Shown here in pieces: positions 39,161 through 48,766 of a stretch of 64,000 nt of DNA. The DNA is taken from the NCBI GenBank assembly GCA_965656505.1, contig CBFHKV010000002.1:21989-85988 (forward strand). Direction: 5' to 3'. Positions within the stretch are counted from its first letter, which is position 1, and each line of letters starts with the position of its first letter. Source of the stretch: Burkholderiaceae bacterium (GTDB taxonomy: Bacteria; Pseudomonadota; Gammaproteobacteria; Burkholderiales; Burkholderiaceae_B). The position numbers and the translations under genes were made by a program. The notes under the pieces are model-generated. The model was not told the DNA's origin and ran no database searches. It saw only the letters and a program-made list of their open reading frames with translations.

Positions 39161-39628
39161 CTACACAAAAGCAACAAAAGCCGCTGGCGGTGCACGACTG
39201 TCTGGAGTGATACAGCGGTTAGACACAAATAGAACGTTATCTGAAGCGCTGGACGTTGGCGATGCCTTAAAGTTAATCTCGACAGCTGGGGTTGTATGTG
39301 TGGGTGTTGTGGTATCTACCCCTTGGCAGCATAGTAAACACTCGTGCGATGCATGGTTTGCGGATCTCGAATCTTGATCATAACCAATGACGTAACGCAA
39401 GCCACTGGAGGTGCAAATGGCCACGATTTGAGGATTGAGGGTGTGACCCACAGTGGCAATTGATGCGGCATGACTCAGGCTCGGACCCAAAATAGACAAA
39501 ATCATGGACCACAAGAGCCAGTGGCGCCGCCAAGACCGACCCACTGACAACGAAAACACTCGACGCGTTCGGGGTTGCGTCGATACTGGCGACTGAAATG
39601 GCTGCAACCATGCAAATAGCTGTTTCAT
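39161..39628 (-). CDS. DUF2946-like Cys/His protein
   Basis: It shows an N-terminal signal-like LSILGPSLSHA, then ICTSSGLRY and HASHECLLCC, the pattern I associate with DUF2946 proteins that accompany copper-uptake genes. The exact C-terminus is uncertain. Confidence 0.55.
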   Translation of the reverse strand: MKQLFAWLQPFQSPVSTQPRTRRVFSLSVGRSWRRHWLLWSMILSILGPSLSHAASIATVGHTLNPQIVAICTSSGLRYVIGYDQDSRSANHASHECLLCCQGVDTTTPTHTTPAVEINFKASPTSSASDNVLFVSNRCITPDSRAPPAAFVAFV

Positions 39629-39753
39629 GATTTCAGTTTAACGCCACGAGTTCAAATAGTGCATGACCTGGTTTACAGGGTGTTCCATACAAATTTCACA
39701 GGGGCTGTGGTTTACTGTTCCGACACAACAGTGGTTCATCAGGAGGGACAGCC

Positions 39754-41160
39754 ATGGCGTTTATGAAGCAAACTAGACTCGACGACCGACTGTACGACTC
39801 GGTCTTTGCCGGCAGAAAAGCAGAAAAGCCGTTGCCTAAATTTCATTTTCCTAAGCAAGAAAGCCAGGCCGATGACGTTCGGCAGTTGGTGGAAGATGAG
39901 TTGTTTCTAGACGGCAACCCCCGCCAGAATTTGGCGACCTTTTGCCAAACCTACGAGGAAGAAGAGGTACGCCACATCATGAACCTGGCAATCGATCGAA
40001 ACATGATCGATAAAACCGAATACCCACAGACTGCTGAGCTGGAAATTCGTTGTGCACACATGCTTGCTGACTTATGGAATGCGCCATCTGTGGGTAAAAG
40101 CATCGGCACATCGACCGTTGGGTCATCTGAAGCCTGCATGCTCGGTGGCATGGCAGCCAAGTGGCGTTGGCGTGCCCGCCAACAAGCCAAAGGCAAACCC
40201 ACGGATAAGCCCAATTTGGTGTGTGGACCAGTGCAAGTGTGTTGGGAGAAGTTTTGTCGCTACTGGGACATTGAGATGCGCCAAGTGCCCATGACGCCGG
40301 ATCGCTTTTTGATGGATGCCGAGAGCATGCTTGAGCTAGTCGATGAGAACACCATTTGCGTGGTACCGACCTTTGGCGTGACTTTCACCGGTCATTACGA
40401 AGAAATCAAACCCATTGCAGAGGCTTTGGATCGGTTGGCGCAAGAAAAAGACATTGATGTCGACATTCATGTGGATGCCGCCTCGGGCGGATTTTTAGGC
40501 CCGTTTTGTGTGCCAGATATCGAATGGGACTTTCGTCTATCACGGGTCAAATCTATCAGCACGTCTGGACATAAATATGGTTTGGCACCTTTGGGTGTGG
40601 GTTGGATCGTGTGGCGTGACCGAAGTGATTTGCCCGAGGATCTGGTCTTTTCTGTGCCTTATCTTGGCGGTAGTGTCGGCACCTTTGCGATTAATTTTTC
40701 GCGCCCAGCCGGGCAGGTTGCAGCCCAGTACTACTTATTCAACCGCCTCGGATTCGAAGGGTACAAGCGGATTCAATCCGCTTGCTATGACACCGCTTTG
40801 TGGATTAGCGACCAGATAGAGAAGTTAGGACCATTCACCTTCATCAACCGTGGTGATCCACGCGACGGTATTCCGGCGGTGTGTTTCCGGATCACGCCAG
40901 GCCACGAAGACAACTTGGGCTTTAACCTATATGACTTGTCGGATCGTTTGAGTACTCGCGGTTGGCAAGTGCCAGCCTTTCAGCTCATTGATGGGGCCAA
41001 AGACATCGCCATCATGCGATTGATGGTCAGACAGGGGGTGAGTCGCGATATGGCCTCATTGTTGATTGATGACATGAAACGTGCCATTGAAGGCTTTGAA
41101 AAACGTCCGGTGGCTGTCGGTCTCACTGAGAAAGAGCGGGGTGCTTACACCCACAATTAA
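39754..41160 (+). CDS. Glutamate decarboxylase (PLP-dependent, group II)
   Basis: 468 aa with GSSEACMLGG and the PLP-lysine motif SISTSGHKYGLAPLGVGW. Its length and N-terminus are typical of bacterial/plant GAD. Confidence 0.85.
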   Translation: MAFMKQTRLDDRLYDSVFAGRKAEKPLPKFHFPKQESQADDVRQLVEDELFLDGNPRQNLATFCQTYEEEEVRHIMNLAIDRNMIDKTEYPQTAELEIRCAHMLADLWNAPSVGKSIGTSTVGSSEACMLGGMAAKWRWRARQQAKGKPTDKPNLVCGPVQVCWEKFCRYWDIEMRQVPMTPDRFLMDAESMLELVDENTICVVPTFGVTFTGHYEEIKPIAEALDRLAQEKDIDVDIHVDAASGGFLGPFCVPDIEWDFRLSRVKSISTSGHKYGLAPLGVGWIVWRDRSDLPEDLVFSVPYLGGSVGTFAINFSRPAGQVAAQYYLFNRLGFEGYKRIQSACYDTALWISDQIEKLGPFTFINRGDPRDGIPAVCFRITPGHEDNLGFNLYDLSDRLSTRGWQVPAFQLIDGAKDIAIMRLMVRQGVSRDMASLLIDDMKRAIEGFEKRPVAVGLTEKERGAYTHN

Positions 41161-41195
41161 TGTAAATCCAGCGCTTTTGGTTTTAAGTCGATTCA

Positions 41196-41228
41196 CGGAG
41201 GTGCTTAGAATTTGTTTAAGCACCTCCG
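41196..41228. terminator. Bidirectional hairpin between convergent gad and pirin genes
   Basis: Perfect 12-bp stem CGGAGGTGCTTA / TAAGCACCTCCG with a 9-nt loop. Confidence 0.6.
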
Positions 41229-41240
41229 CCTGCCGTTGGT

Positions 41241-42116
41241 TTACAGCGATTGCACCACGGCGGCTTCGAACTGACCCGCACGATAGTCGCGCAGAGTCTG
41301 TTGGATCTGCTCCTCCGTGTTCATCACAAATGGCCCGTACTGTGCGATTGGTTCGCCTAATGGCTTGCCGGCCACAACCAAGCACTTGGATGCCACGGTG
41401 GTTTCAATCCGCACGAGATCGGCGCCATTATCAGTCAGAATGGCCATATGGCGATCTGGAACAACTTGTCCTTCAATTATCGTTTCACCGCGATAGGTGT
41501 AGGTGAATGCATGATGACCCGCGGGGATGGTCACATCGATTTGGCTATTGGCTGGCAAGTGCACATCAAGCACCAAAGGTTCCGTGTCAGGCCGTTCTAC
41601 AGCGCCTGTGGTTTGCTCGCTTTGCCCAGCAATTACCCGAACCGTGACGCCCTCTGACGTGGTGTATTGGGGGATGGTGTCAGGGGTGATGTCGCGATAA
41701 CTGGGTTTGATCATCTTGTTCTTTGCGGGCAAGTTCAACCACAACTGAAATCCCTCCATCAAACCATCTTCTTGTTCTGGCAACTCAGAATGGATTAAAC
41801 CGCTACCGGCCGTCATCCACTGCACGCCACCGGGACCTAGCAAGCCTTCATTGCCTGCACTATCACGGTGGCGCATGCGCCCAGCTATCATGTAAGTGAC
41901 TGTTTCAAAGCCGCGGTGAGGGTGATTGGGAAAGCCGCCGATGTAATCCTCGGGGTTGTCGTTGCGGAAAGCATCCAACATCAAAAATGGGTCGAGTCGC
42001 TGCTGTAGCGATTGGGTCAAGACCCGTGTTAGTTTGACGCCAGCACCATCTGAAGTTTGAACGCCCTGAACCAAGTTTTCTACAGAGCGCGAGCGTTGTG
42101 TTGAAGGGGTGTCCAT
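41241..42116 (-). CDS. Pirin-family protein
   Basis: HPHRGFETVTYM...G...QWMTAGSGLIHSE is the pirin cupin motif. The ATG at 42116 follows an AGGAG RBS. Confidence 0.85.
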   Translation of the reverse strand: MDTPSTQRSRSVENLVQGVQTSDGAGVKLTRVLTQSLQQRLDPFLMLDAFRNDNPEDYIGGFPNHPHRGFETVTYMIAGRMRHRDSAGNEGLLGPGGVQWMTAGSGLIHSELPEQEDGLMEGFQLWLNLPAKNKMIKPSYRDITPDTIPQYTTSEGVTVRVIAGQSEQTTGAVERPDTEPLVLDVHLPANSQIDVTIPAGHHAFTYTYRGETIIEGQVVPDRHMAILTDNGADLVRIETTVASKCLVVAGKPLGEPIAQYGPFVMNTEEQIQQTLRDYRAGQFEAAVVQSL

Positions 42117-42247
42117 GGTGGTCTCCTGTGTCGATCTGATCGACAGCATCCTGATTGTTTAAATTTTGAAGCCTAAAAGACTTAAAGCTTAAGACTTAAG
42201 GCTCGCAGTCGTCACACTTAGATATCAAGCATAGTCTTCAAGCCCAA

Positions 42248-42850
42248 TTACTGACCGAACAAGCTATCGATTTGTTCATGCGCTTCTTGCATCGCTTTAT
42301 CTGCGGCTTCAGGACCCATGGCAAAGCCCTCTGCGTAGATGAATTCGACATCGGTCATGCCCATGAAACCGAGAATTAATTTCAAGTAAGGCACCTGTGT
42401 GTCATTGGGTGTATCGCGATAAATACCGCCACGAGCCAAAGCCACATAGACCTTCTTGCCAGTTAATAGCCCAACAGGTCCTAGATCGGTGTAACGGAAT
42501 GTCACGCCAGCTTTTGCAATAGCGTCAAACCAAGATTTCAGTTGCACTGGAATACCAAAGTTATACATCGGCACGCCCAGCACAATAATATCGCTAGCTT
42601 GTACTTCGGCAATTAGAGCATCGTCATGCGACATGCGCTCTTTCTGTTCAGGCGTGCGCTCTTCGGATGGAGTAAATAGGGCATTTAATGCTGGTTCATC
42701 CAAAATGGGGTGTGGATCGATGGCCATGTCGCGCAGTTTAAAAACTGCGTCTGGGTGTTGGCTTTTGAGGCGTTCAGTCACCAAATTAGCCACAGTGGTG
42801 GAGTTCGCGCCTATTGAGCGAGCGCTGGTATTTAGTTGAAGAATTTGCAT
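42248..42850 (-). CDS. azoR: FMN-dependent NADH-azoreductase
   Basis: 200 aa with [11 protein letters not shown]..., ...[12 protein letters not shown]... and an AzoR-like length. Confidence 0.8.
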   Translation of the reverse strand: MQILQLNTSARSIGANSTTVANLVTERLKSQHPDAVFKLRDMAIDPHPILDEPALNALFTPSEERTPEQKERMSHDDALIAEVQASDIIVLGVPMYNFGIPVQLKSWFDAIAKAGVTFRYTDLGPVGLLTGKKVYVALARGGIYRDTPNDTQVPYLKLILGFMGMTDVEFIYAEGFAMGPEAADKAMQEAHEQIDSLFGQ

Positions 42851-42912
42851 GATTTGGTCCGTTGTTAAATGAACGACTGAATGAATGAATTAGTGATAGT
42901 TTATTAGACCAA

Positions 42913-42947
42913 ATTAATCCGATAAACCCACTAAAATGGGTATTAAT
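42913..42947. promoter_or_regulatory. Candidate LysR operator in the azoR/lysR divergent region
   Basis: Dyad ATTAAT-N7-ACCCA-ctaaaa-TGGGT-ATTAAT sits between divergent genes and is compatible with a T-N11-A type site. This is untested. Confidence 0.35.
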
Positions 42948-42974
42948 GTTCCATAATTGAAACAATAAGGAAGC

Positions 42975-43928
42975 TTGGCTTTGTCCAAAAAACCAACTCA
43001 AACCCCTAAGGCCTCGCATTGGGTGAGCGGGCAGGCCGACGACTTGGCCCTATTTGCCCATTTGATTGACGCAGGAAGTTTCTCCTTGGCAGCTGAGCGG
43101 GTCGGCATACCCAAGTCAACCTTGTCGCGTCGCTTGTCCGCCCTAGAAAACCGTCTGGGTCAGCGCTTGGTTACTCGTAGCACGCGACGTCTGCAGATCA
43201 CTGACTTCGGCGAGCGAATGCTAGAGCATGCACGCCGGCTAGTCGACGAAGTATCGGCGGCCGCGGCACTCGCGCAGCATGAACAGGTGCAACCTCAAGG
43301 GTTATTAAAGGTTTCTATCCCGCCCGATTTAACCCAAGTGGACTTATCCACCCTGTTGATTCAGTATGCGACACGCTATCCGCTTGTTAGAGTCGAGCTC
43401 GATTTGTCGCCACGGCGAGTCGACTTATTGGCAGAAAGGTATGACTTGGTGGTGAGAATTGCCGACCACCTGCCTGACGACACGACCTTAGTGGCGACAA
43501 AGCTGTGTGACATGGGTATTCACTTGTATGCCAGCCCAGCCTATTTGCGCCGTTTTGGCGCGCCTGAAGAACCAAATGATTTGACGATCCATAGTTGTCT
43601 GCCATTGATCAGTAGTCGAGGTGAGGCGGTGCCATGGCAGCTGCACGGTCCAGGTGGCAGTTGGGAAGCGCTGCTACCCGGGCGGTTATCTTCGAATTCG
43701 CCCGCCACTCAGCGCGCACTGGCCGCCAGCGGCATGGGGGTTGTGGCCCTACCAGATGTCTTGGCCAGAGACTACATGGCGCAAGGTCAGTTGTCCCGCG
43801 TATTGCCGCAGTGGTCACTGCCATCTATGACTGTTTGGTGCGTGACGCCAGGGCGGCGTCTATTACCGTTACGTACGCGCGCTTTTATGGATCTTTTGCG
43901 TCAGAGCATGGATCAGCAAAAGCCTTGA
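42975..43928 (+). CDS. LysR-family transcriptional regulator
   Basis: 317 aa with an N-terminal HTH (FAHLIDAGSFSLAAERVGIPKSTLSRRLSALE) and a LysR substrate-binding domain. The start is a TTG. Confidence 0.85.
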   Translation: MALSKKPTQTPKASHWVSGQADDLALFAHLIDAGSFSLAAERVGIPKSTLSRRLSALENRLGQRLVTRSTRRLQITDFGERMLEHARRLVDEVSAAAALAQHEQVQPQGLLKVSIPPDLTQVDLSTLLIQYATRYPLVRVELDLSPRRVDLLAERYDLVVRIADHLPDDTTLVATKLCDMGIHLYASPAYLRRFGAPEEPNDLTIHSCLPLISSRGEAVPWQLHGPGGSWEALLPGRLSSNSPATQRALAASGMGVVALPDVLARDYMAQGQLSRVLPQWSLPSMTVWCVTPGRRLLPLRTRAFMDLLRQSMDQQKP

Positions 43929-43941
43929 AGCGAACCATGAC

Positions 43942-46296
43942 TCACGGCTTGGATGGTTTTGCTGGCTTGGGTGATCGATTGTTTAACGGTCCGAGTACCT
44001 CTTGAACGGTTTGTCGGCCATCCTCAATCAGTTGCAGTAGTGTTCCGCGTGAGAAATCATAGGCCTTAGGGGCTGGCGTATTTGGGCTGGTTTGTCGCGT
44101 AATACGGAAATTTACATTGGGATTCGCCTCACCCATCAACTGCATGTAAAGCGGTTCACGCGACAAACGACGGGCGTTTTCTTCGGGTAACTGAGCCATC
44201 AAATCAGTCACTAACTGGTGGTAGTTGGCCAGAAGATCTTGCTGTGTATCATCGTGCTTCATTCGGTCTGAAAAGATGATTTCTTCGCGTCTGGCGCTGA
44301 CTTCCATCAAAGACTCCGGCAAGTTGTCGCGCTGACCAGGAAATAAGTCGATTAGATAAACGTGTTTGCCGGTTGCTCCAACGCGGTTAAGAGCGGGTTG
44401 CAGAGGTGAGTTACTGACAATGCCGGCGTCCCAGTAGTGACGTCCATCGATCGACACCCACTCAAACGCGGGTGGCAGGCTACCGCTGGCCATAATGTGA
44501 TCAACCGTCAAGTCGTCTAAGTAGCTGTCGAATAAAACCACCTCACTGCTCTGTACATCCACTGCGGTAACCATCAGCCGAATAGGGCTGGTTCTGAGGG
44601 ACGAAAAGTCAACATATTTGGACAGTGTGGCGCGTGCCTCTGAAAAGTCATACAAACTAGGCCACTCGGATGGCGATTGACTGAAATGTTGCCAAGGATT
44701 TAACCAGCGTGGTTTGAAAAAACCGGGCACACCAAACATAGCGGCCTGTTGGCTAGCCCATAAACGTCTTGACGATTCATTCCCCGTGAACGGTGAGTTG
44801 GTGGCGAGTTCCTGCCAGAAAGCGGTGAGTGCCTGCGCTGGATTGTCAGGGTTGCCGGCCACGATGGCACCGTTAAATGCACCTATGGAGACCCCTGCAA
44901 TCACGTCTGGGATGATTTCGCGATCTTGCAATGCTTCAATGGCACCGCACTCAAAAGCGCCAAAAGCACCGCCGCCCTGAAGCACGTACAACACTTGTGC
45001 AGGCATGTCCGACAGCGCAAAACTTGGGTCGCTCAATTTGGACTTTACCCGGGCAACACTGACGTGATTTCGAATGAGATCTTCGGCAGCTCTGGCGTTA
45101 CCTGACTTATCTCCCATCGAGAAAAAAGCACAGGGCACCTGACCATCGAGGTAAATCGTTTCAAACTCACCACTTTTTAAGGAACCACGGTCTATGCGTT
45201 CGCAGTTTTCTGCGGGAAAGCCGACTAAATTAAAACTCTGATTAAAAATGTGGCTGTAAAAATAACTCACGGCCGTAAAGGGCTCGTGTCTGCCGAGCAT
45301 ATTGCGGGCTGCTAAGCGACCTTGCTTGATCGCGTTATCCCAATGTTCGACCCTGAAATAGGTCTTAAATAATGGATGATAGACATTGGCCACATCGCCG
45401 GCCGCATAGACAGACGGGTCACTGGTTTGTAAATACTCATCAACCAATAGACCGTCGCGACAATCGATATCTGACGATCGTAAAAATTCAGTACGTGGCG
45501 TCACGCCGGCACCAATCACCACCATATCGCACTCGAGCACCTCGCCATTGGCCGTTCGGACAGTGTTTGCCCGATTTGTGCCTTCGATCGCTTGGGGTGT
45601 GTCGCCAACTAGGGTTCGCACCGAATGCTGATTTAAGACTTCCTCGACATGACGAGAAATATTGTCGGCATAGAGTTTGTAGAGCAACTCGCGCGTTTCG
45701 ATGAGGGTGACTGCCACGCCTTGTTGCGCCAAAAGGCTCACCACCTCCACGCCGATGAAGCCGCCGCCAATGACAACCGCAGTTTTGGCGTGCTTAGCCT
45801 CATTGCGGATGGCCAGAGCGTCGTCGAACGTACGCAAATAATGCACGCCCGGCAAATCGGTGCCCGGTATGCTCAAAGGTGTTGGGGATGCGCCAGTGGC
45901 GATGAGGGCTTTGTCGTATCTGATACGTTCACCTGAGCTTAGCTCAGCGAACTTGTGTTTGATGTCTAAAGTCGTCACTTGCGCTGAGCGTCGAGTCTCG
46001 ATATCGAGTTCTTTATACGTTGCGGGATTTAAAACCAAATGCGGTGAGTTCCGCTGTTTGATGCGCATCGTTGATTTTGAAAGTGGTGGGCGGTGATACG
46101 GCAGATAAGACTCTTCGCCGATGATTAAAATTCGTCCTTGTGCGCCTTCTTGTCTTAGGGTTTGGGCCGCATTGGCCGAGGCCAGGCCGCTACCTATCAA
46201 TAAAAACGCCACTTCAGTCACTTTGTTCGATCGAGAAGACGCAGCCCGCTTTTTTGAGGTGCTAGATGATTGGCGTGTAGGGTTATGACTTGCCAT
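43942..46296 (-). CDS. Fusion protein: ferredoxin/flavodoxin-reductase-type FAD/NAD(P)H oxidoreductase (N-terminal) plus patatin-like phospholipase with a DUF3734-type tail (C-terminal)
   Basis: One uninterrupted ORF of 784 aa from the ATG at 46296. N-terminal half: LLIGSGLASANAA, VVIGGGFIGVEVV, YAAGDVA, EHWDNAIKQG. C-terminal half: GGGAFGAFECG (oxyanion), GVSIG (nucleophile), WDAGIVSNSP (Asp), AYDFSRGTLLQLIEDG. Confidence 0.8.
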   Translation of the reverse strand: MASHNPTRQSSSTSKKRAASSRSNKVTEVAFLLIGSGLASANAAQTLRQEGAQGRILIIGEESYLPYHRPPLSKSTMRIKQRNSPHLVLNPATYKELDIETRRSAQVTTLDIKHKFAELSSGERIRYDKALIATGASPTPLSIPGTDLPGVHYLRTFDDALAIRNEAKHAKTAVVIGGGFIGVEVVSLLAQQGVAVTLIETRELLYKLYADNISRHVEEVLNQHSVRTLVGDTPQAIEGTNRANTVRTANGEVLECDMVVIGAGVTPRTEFLRSSDIDCRDGLLVDEYLQTSDPSVYAAGDVANVYHPLFKTYFRVEHWDNAIKQGRLAARNMLGRHEPFTAVSYFYSHIFNQSFNLVGFPAENCERIDRGSLKSGEFETIYLDGQVPCAFFSMGDKSGNARAAEDLIRNHVSVARVKSKLSDPSFALSDMPAQVLYVLQGGGAFGAFECGAIEALQDREIIPDVIAGVSIGAFNGAIVAGNPDNPAQALTAFWQELATNSPFTGNESSRRLWASQQAAMFGVPGFFKPRWLNPWQHFSQSPSEWPSLYDFSEARATLSKYVDFSSLRTSPIRLMVTAVDVQSSEVVLFDSYLDDLTVDHIMASGSLPPAFEWVSIDGRHYWDAGIVSNSPLQPALNRVGATGKHVYLIDLFPGQRDNLPESLMEVSARREEIIFSDRMKHDDTQQDLLANYHQLVTDLMAQLPEENARRLSREPLYMQLMGEANPNVNFRITRQTSPNTPAPKAYDFSRGTLLQLIEDGRQTVQEVLGPLNNRSPKPAKPSKP

Positions 46297-46802
46297 CAAA
46301 ACACCGACATCGAAAGGCCATTGGCAAAAAGCTCACCGAGCTTGCGGCATGATTCGCGTTGTGCCTCTGACAGTTGTTTGGGGGCCAAGATGGCCTCTGG
46401 TGTTTGTGCTTGGACGTTGATGATGAGTGCCTCTTGAATCGGTTTGAGTCGCCACCCTGTGACGATACGGTCAATTTGTCGTGCCGCGCTATGACCATCA
46501 CTGCCAGCGCAAATCATTTGGACATAAGGTCGTCCTTCGATCTGACCTAGAACCGGGTAATACGTGCGATCAAAAAAATCCTTCATCAGTCCGCCCATGC
46601 TACCGAGGTTCTCTGGCGTGGCAAACACGTAGCCGTCTGATTGCAGCACATCATTGGCGTTCGCATTGGGTGCCCCTTTTAAAACCACCTCGATGCCATC
46701 AACTGATTGACAGGCCTGCACCAATGCCTGCGCCATCTGTGCCGTACCCCCCGTCACTGAGTGGTAAACCACGAGCAATTGTTTGGGGGGCAGGGATTGC
46801 AT
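46296..46802 (-). CDS. Flavodoxin-fold protein
   Basis: 168 aa with LLVVYHSVTGGTAQMA and ...YVFATPENLGSMGGLMKDFFDR. Its stop overlaps the start of the fusion gene (TGATG), and it has a GGAG RBS. Confidence 0.7.
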   Translation of the reverse strand: MQSLPPKQLLVVYHSVTGGTAQMAQALVQACQSVDGIEVVLKGAPNANANDVLQSDGYVFATPENLGSMGGLMKDFFDRTYYPVLGQIEGRPYVQMICAGSDGHSAARQIDRIVTGWRLKPIQEALIINVQAQTPEAILAPKQLSEAQRESCRKLGELFANGLSMSVF

Positions 46803-46869
46803 GAGGCTCCGGAGCTAGTATTTGAAGCAGGTGGGGTTTTAAAGACAAGCCCCACCTTAAGCTGACCAT

Positions 46870-48756
46870 TCAGAGTACCAAAGGGGTGACGCGATAAGCA
46901 ATCCAAGCGGCCAAGTAAGCCATCGCAAACAGATATCCTGCCGCGATCAAAGGTATTTGCCAGCCGCCAGTCTCCCGTTTGATAGTGGCGAGCGTGGCAA
47001 AACACTGGGGTGCAAATACGTACCAAGCCAACATCGCCATGCCGGTCGCCAAACTCCACTGCTGAGCCAAGATTGGAATCAATGAGGTTTCGGTGATTTC
47101 CCCGACCGCGGACAAAGCGTAGACAGTGCCGAGTGCGCTCACAGCCACTTCTCGTGCAGCCATGCCTGGAATCAAGGCAATGGCGATTTGCCAATTGAAA
47201 CCAATAGGTTCTAACACCACGGCCAACCATCGTCCCACGGTACCAGCAAAACTGTATTCAATAGGCGCACCGATGGCGTCAATCGGTGGCGCAGGAAAAC
47301 TCGCTAAAAACCAAAGCGCGACAGTCATGGTCAAAATCACCCCGCCCACGCGATGAATAAAGATGGCGGCTCGCTGCCACAAACCAATGGCGATATTACG
47401 TGGATTGGGTATTCGATAGGTGGGCAACTCCATCATCAGAGGTCTGGCAAGGCGCCCAGACTTGGTCAAAGTTTTAAGTGCCCACGCCACAGCCAGCGCA
47501 CCAGCGATGCCCGCCAAATAGAGGCCAAACATAACCAGACCTTGCAGTTGCCACCCGCCTGCTACGGTTTGTCGTGGGATAAATGCGCTAATTAACAAGG
47601 TGTAGACGGGCAAACGGGCCGAGCATGTCATGAGCGGCGCGATCATGATGGTGACCAAGCGGTCGCGGGTGTTAGAGATGGTGCGAGCTGCAATGATGCC
47701 TGGAATGGCGCAGGCAAAGCTAGACAGTAAGGGAATGAAAGAGCGTCCGGATAATCCGACGCTGCCCATAAGTCGATCGAGCAGGTAAGCCGCACGTGGC
47801 AGGTAGCCCGACTGTTCTAGCATCAAGATAAAGAAAAAGAGAATCAAGATTTGCGGCAGAAACACCACCACGCCGCCAACACCAGCGATAAGACCGTCAA
47901 TCAAAAGACTGCTAAACCAACTATTGGGTAAAAAGTCACCGACCGCTTCGCCAATGAATTCAAACCCCATTTCGATCCAATCCATTGGCGCTTCCGCCCA
48001 ACTGAACATCACTTGAAAGATGAGAAATAAAACCGCCAAAAGAATGACGGGTCCGGCTAAAGGATTGAGCAACACGCGGTCAATCTGTTCGCTTTTAAGA
48101 TCTGGCACGATTTGATCTAAGCCGAGTGCCACCAAAATCTCTCGTACGCGCTCGTGATCTTGGAGGGCATCGGCGGGCTCTTGTGGAGCGGGTGTCTGAG
48201 GCATAGCCCTCGAGCGGTCTTCTACGATTGACTCAATGAGCGCGCGCAATGGTGCGTCGCCTGCCGCTTTGACGGCAACAGTTGCAACCACTGGTACACC
48301 TAGGGCAAGCGCGAGGGCATTTGTGTCAACGTTGATTCCTCTTGATTTCGCTTCATCAGACATATTTAAGGCCACAACGCATGGCAGCCCGAGTCGTTGA
48401 ACCCCTAGGACTAATCGCAAGCTACGCCGCAAATTGGTCGCGTCAACCACGCAAACCACCACATCAGGTTTTTTTTCACCGGTTGCCTGTCCATTCAAGA
48501 CTTTGCAAGTGACGCGCTCATCTAGCGATCTCGGATAAAGACTATAGGTGCCCGGTAAATCTAAGACGCGGACAGCTTTACCGTTCGAGGTTTCGAGTCT
48601 GCCTTCTTTGCGTTCGACGGTAACCCCGGCGTAATTGGCAACCTTTTGCCGGCTACCGGTTAAGCGATTAAAAAGAGCGGTCTTGCCGCAGTTGGGATTG
48701 CCAACCAGCGCAAACAGCAGGCCGGTAGCGTGTAGGTGGATGATGTTTTGTTTCAC
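46870..48756 (-). CDS. feoB: Ferrous iron transporter FeoB
   Basis: It has an N-terminal G-domain (LVGNPNCGKTALFN, DLPGTYSL) and a polytopic membrane domain. I chose the GTG at 48756 because it has a GAGGA RBS at 7 nt. An alternative ATG lies at 48777. Confidence 0.9.
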   Translation of the reverse strand: MKQNIIHLHATGLLFALVGNPNCGKTALFNRLTGSRQKVANYAGVTVERKEGRLETSNGKAVRVLDLPGTYSLYPRSLDERVTCKVLNGQATGEKKPDVVVCVVDATNLRRSLRLVLGVQRLGLPCVVALNMSDEAKSRGINVDTNALALALGVPVVATVAVKAAGDAPLRALIESIVEDRSRAMPQTPAPQEPADALQDHERVREILVALGLDQIVPDLKSEQIDRVLLNPLAGPVILLAVLFLIFQVMFSWAEAPMDWIEMGFEFIGEAVGDFLPNSWFSSLLIDGLIAGVGGVVVFLPQILILFFFILMLEQSGYLPRAAYLLDRLMGSVGLSGRSFIPLLSSFACAIPGIIAARTISNTRDRLVTIMIAPLMTCSARLPVYTLLISAFIPRQTVAGGWQLQGLVMFGLYLAGIAGALAVAWALKTLTKSGRLARPLMMELPTYRIPNPRNIAIGLWQRAAIFIHRVGGVILTMTVALWFLASFPAPPIDAIGAPIEYSFAGTVGRWLAVVLEPIGFNWQIAIALIPGMAAREVAVSALGTVYALSAVGEITETSLIPILAQQWSLATGMAMLAWYVFAPQCFATLATIKRETGGWQIPLIAAGYLFAMAYLAAWIAYRVTPLVL

Positions 48757-48766
48757 GATCTCATCC

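Noticed and set aside
39754-41160. Glutamate decarboxylase as part of a GAD acid-resistance island.
   Set aside because: No gadC-type glutamate/GABA antiporter, glutaminase or GadE/X/W-type regulator is adjacent. I therefore make only the enzyme call.
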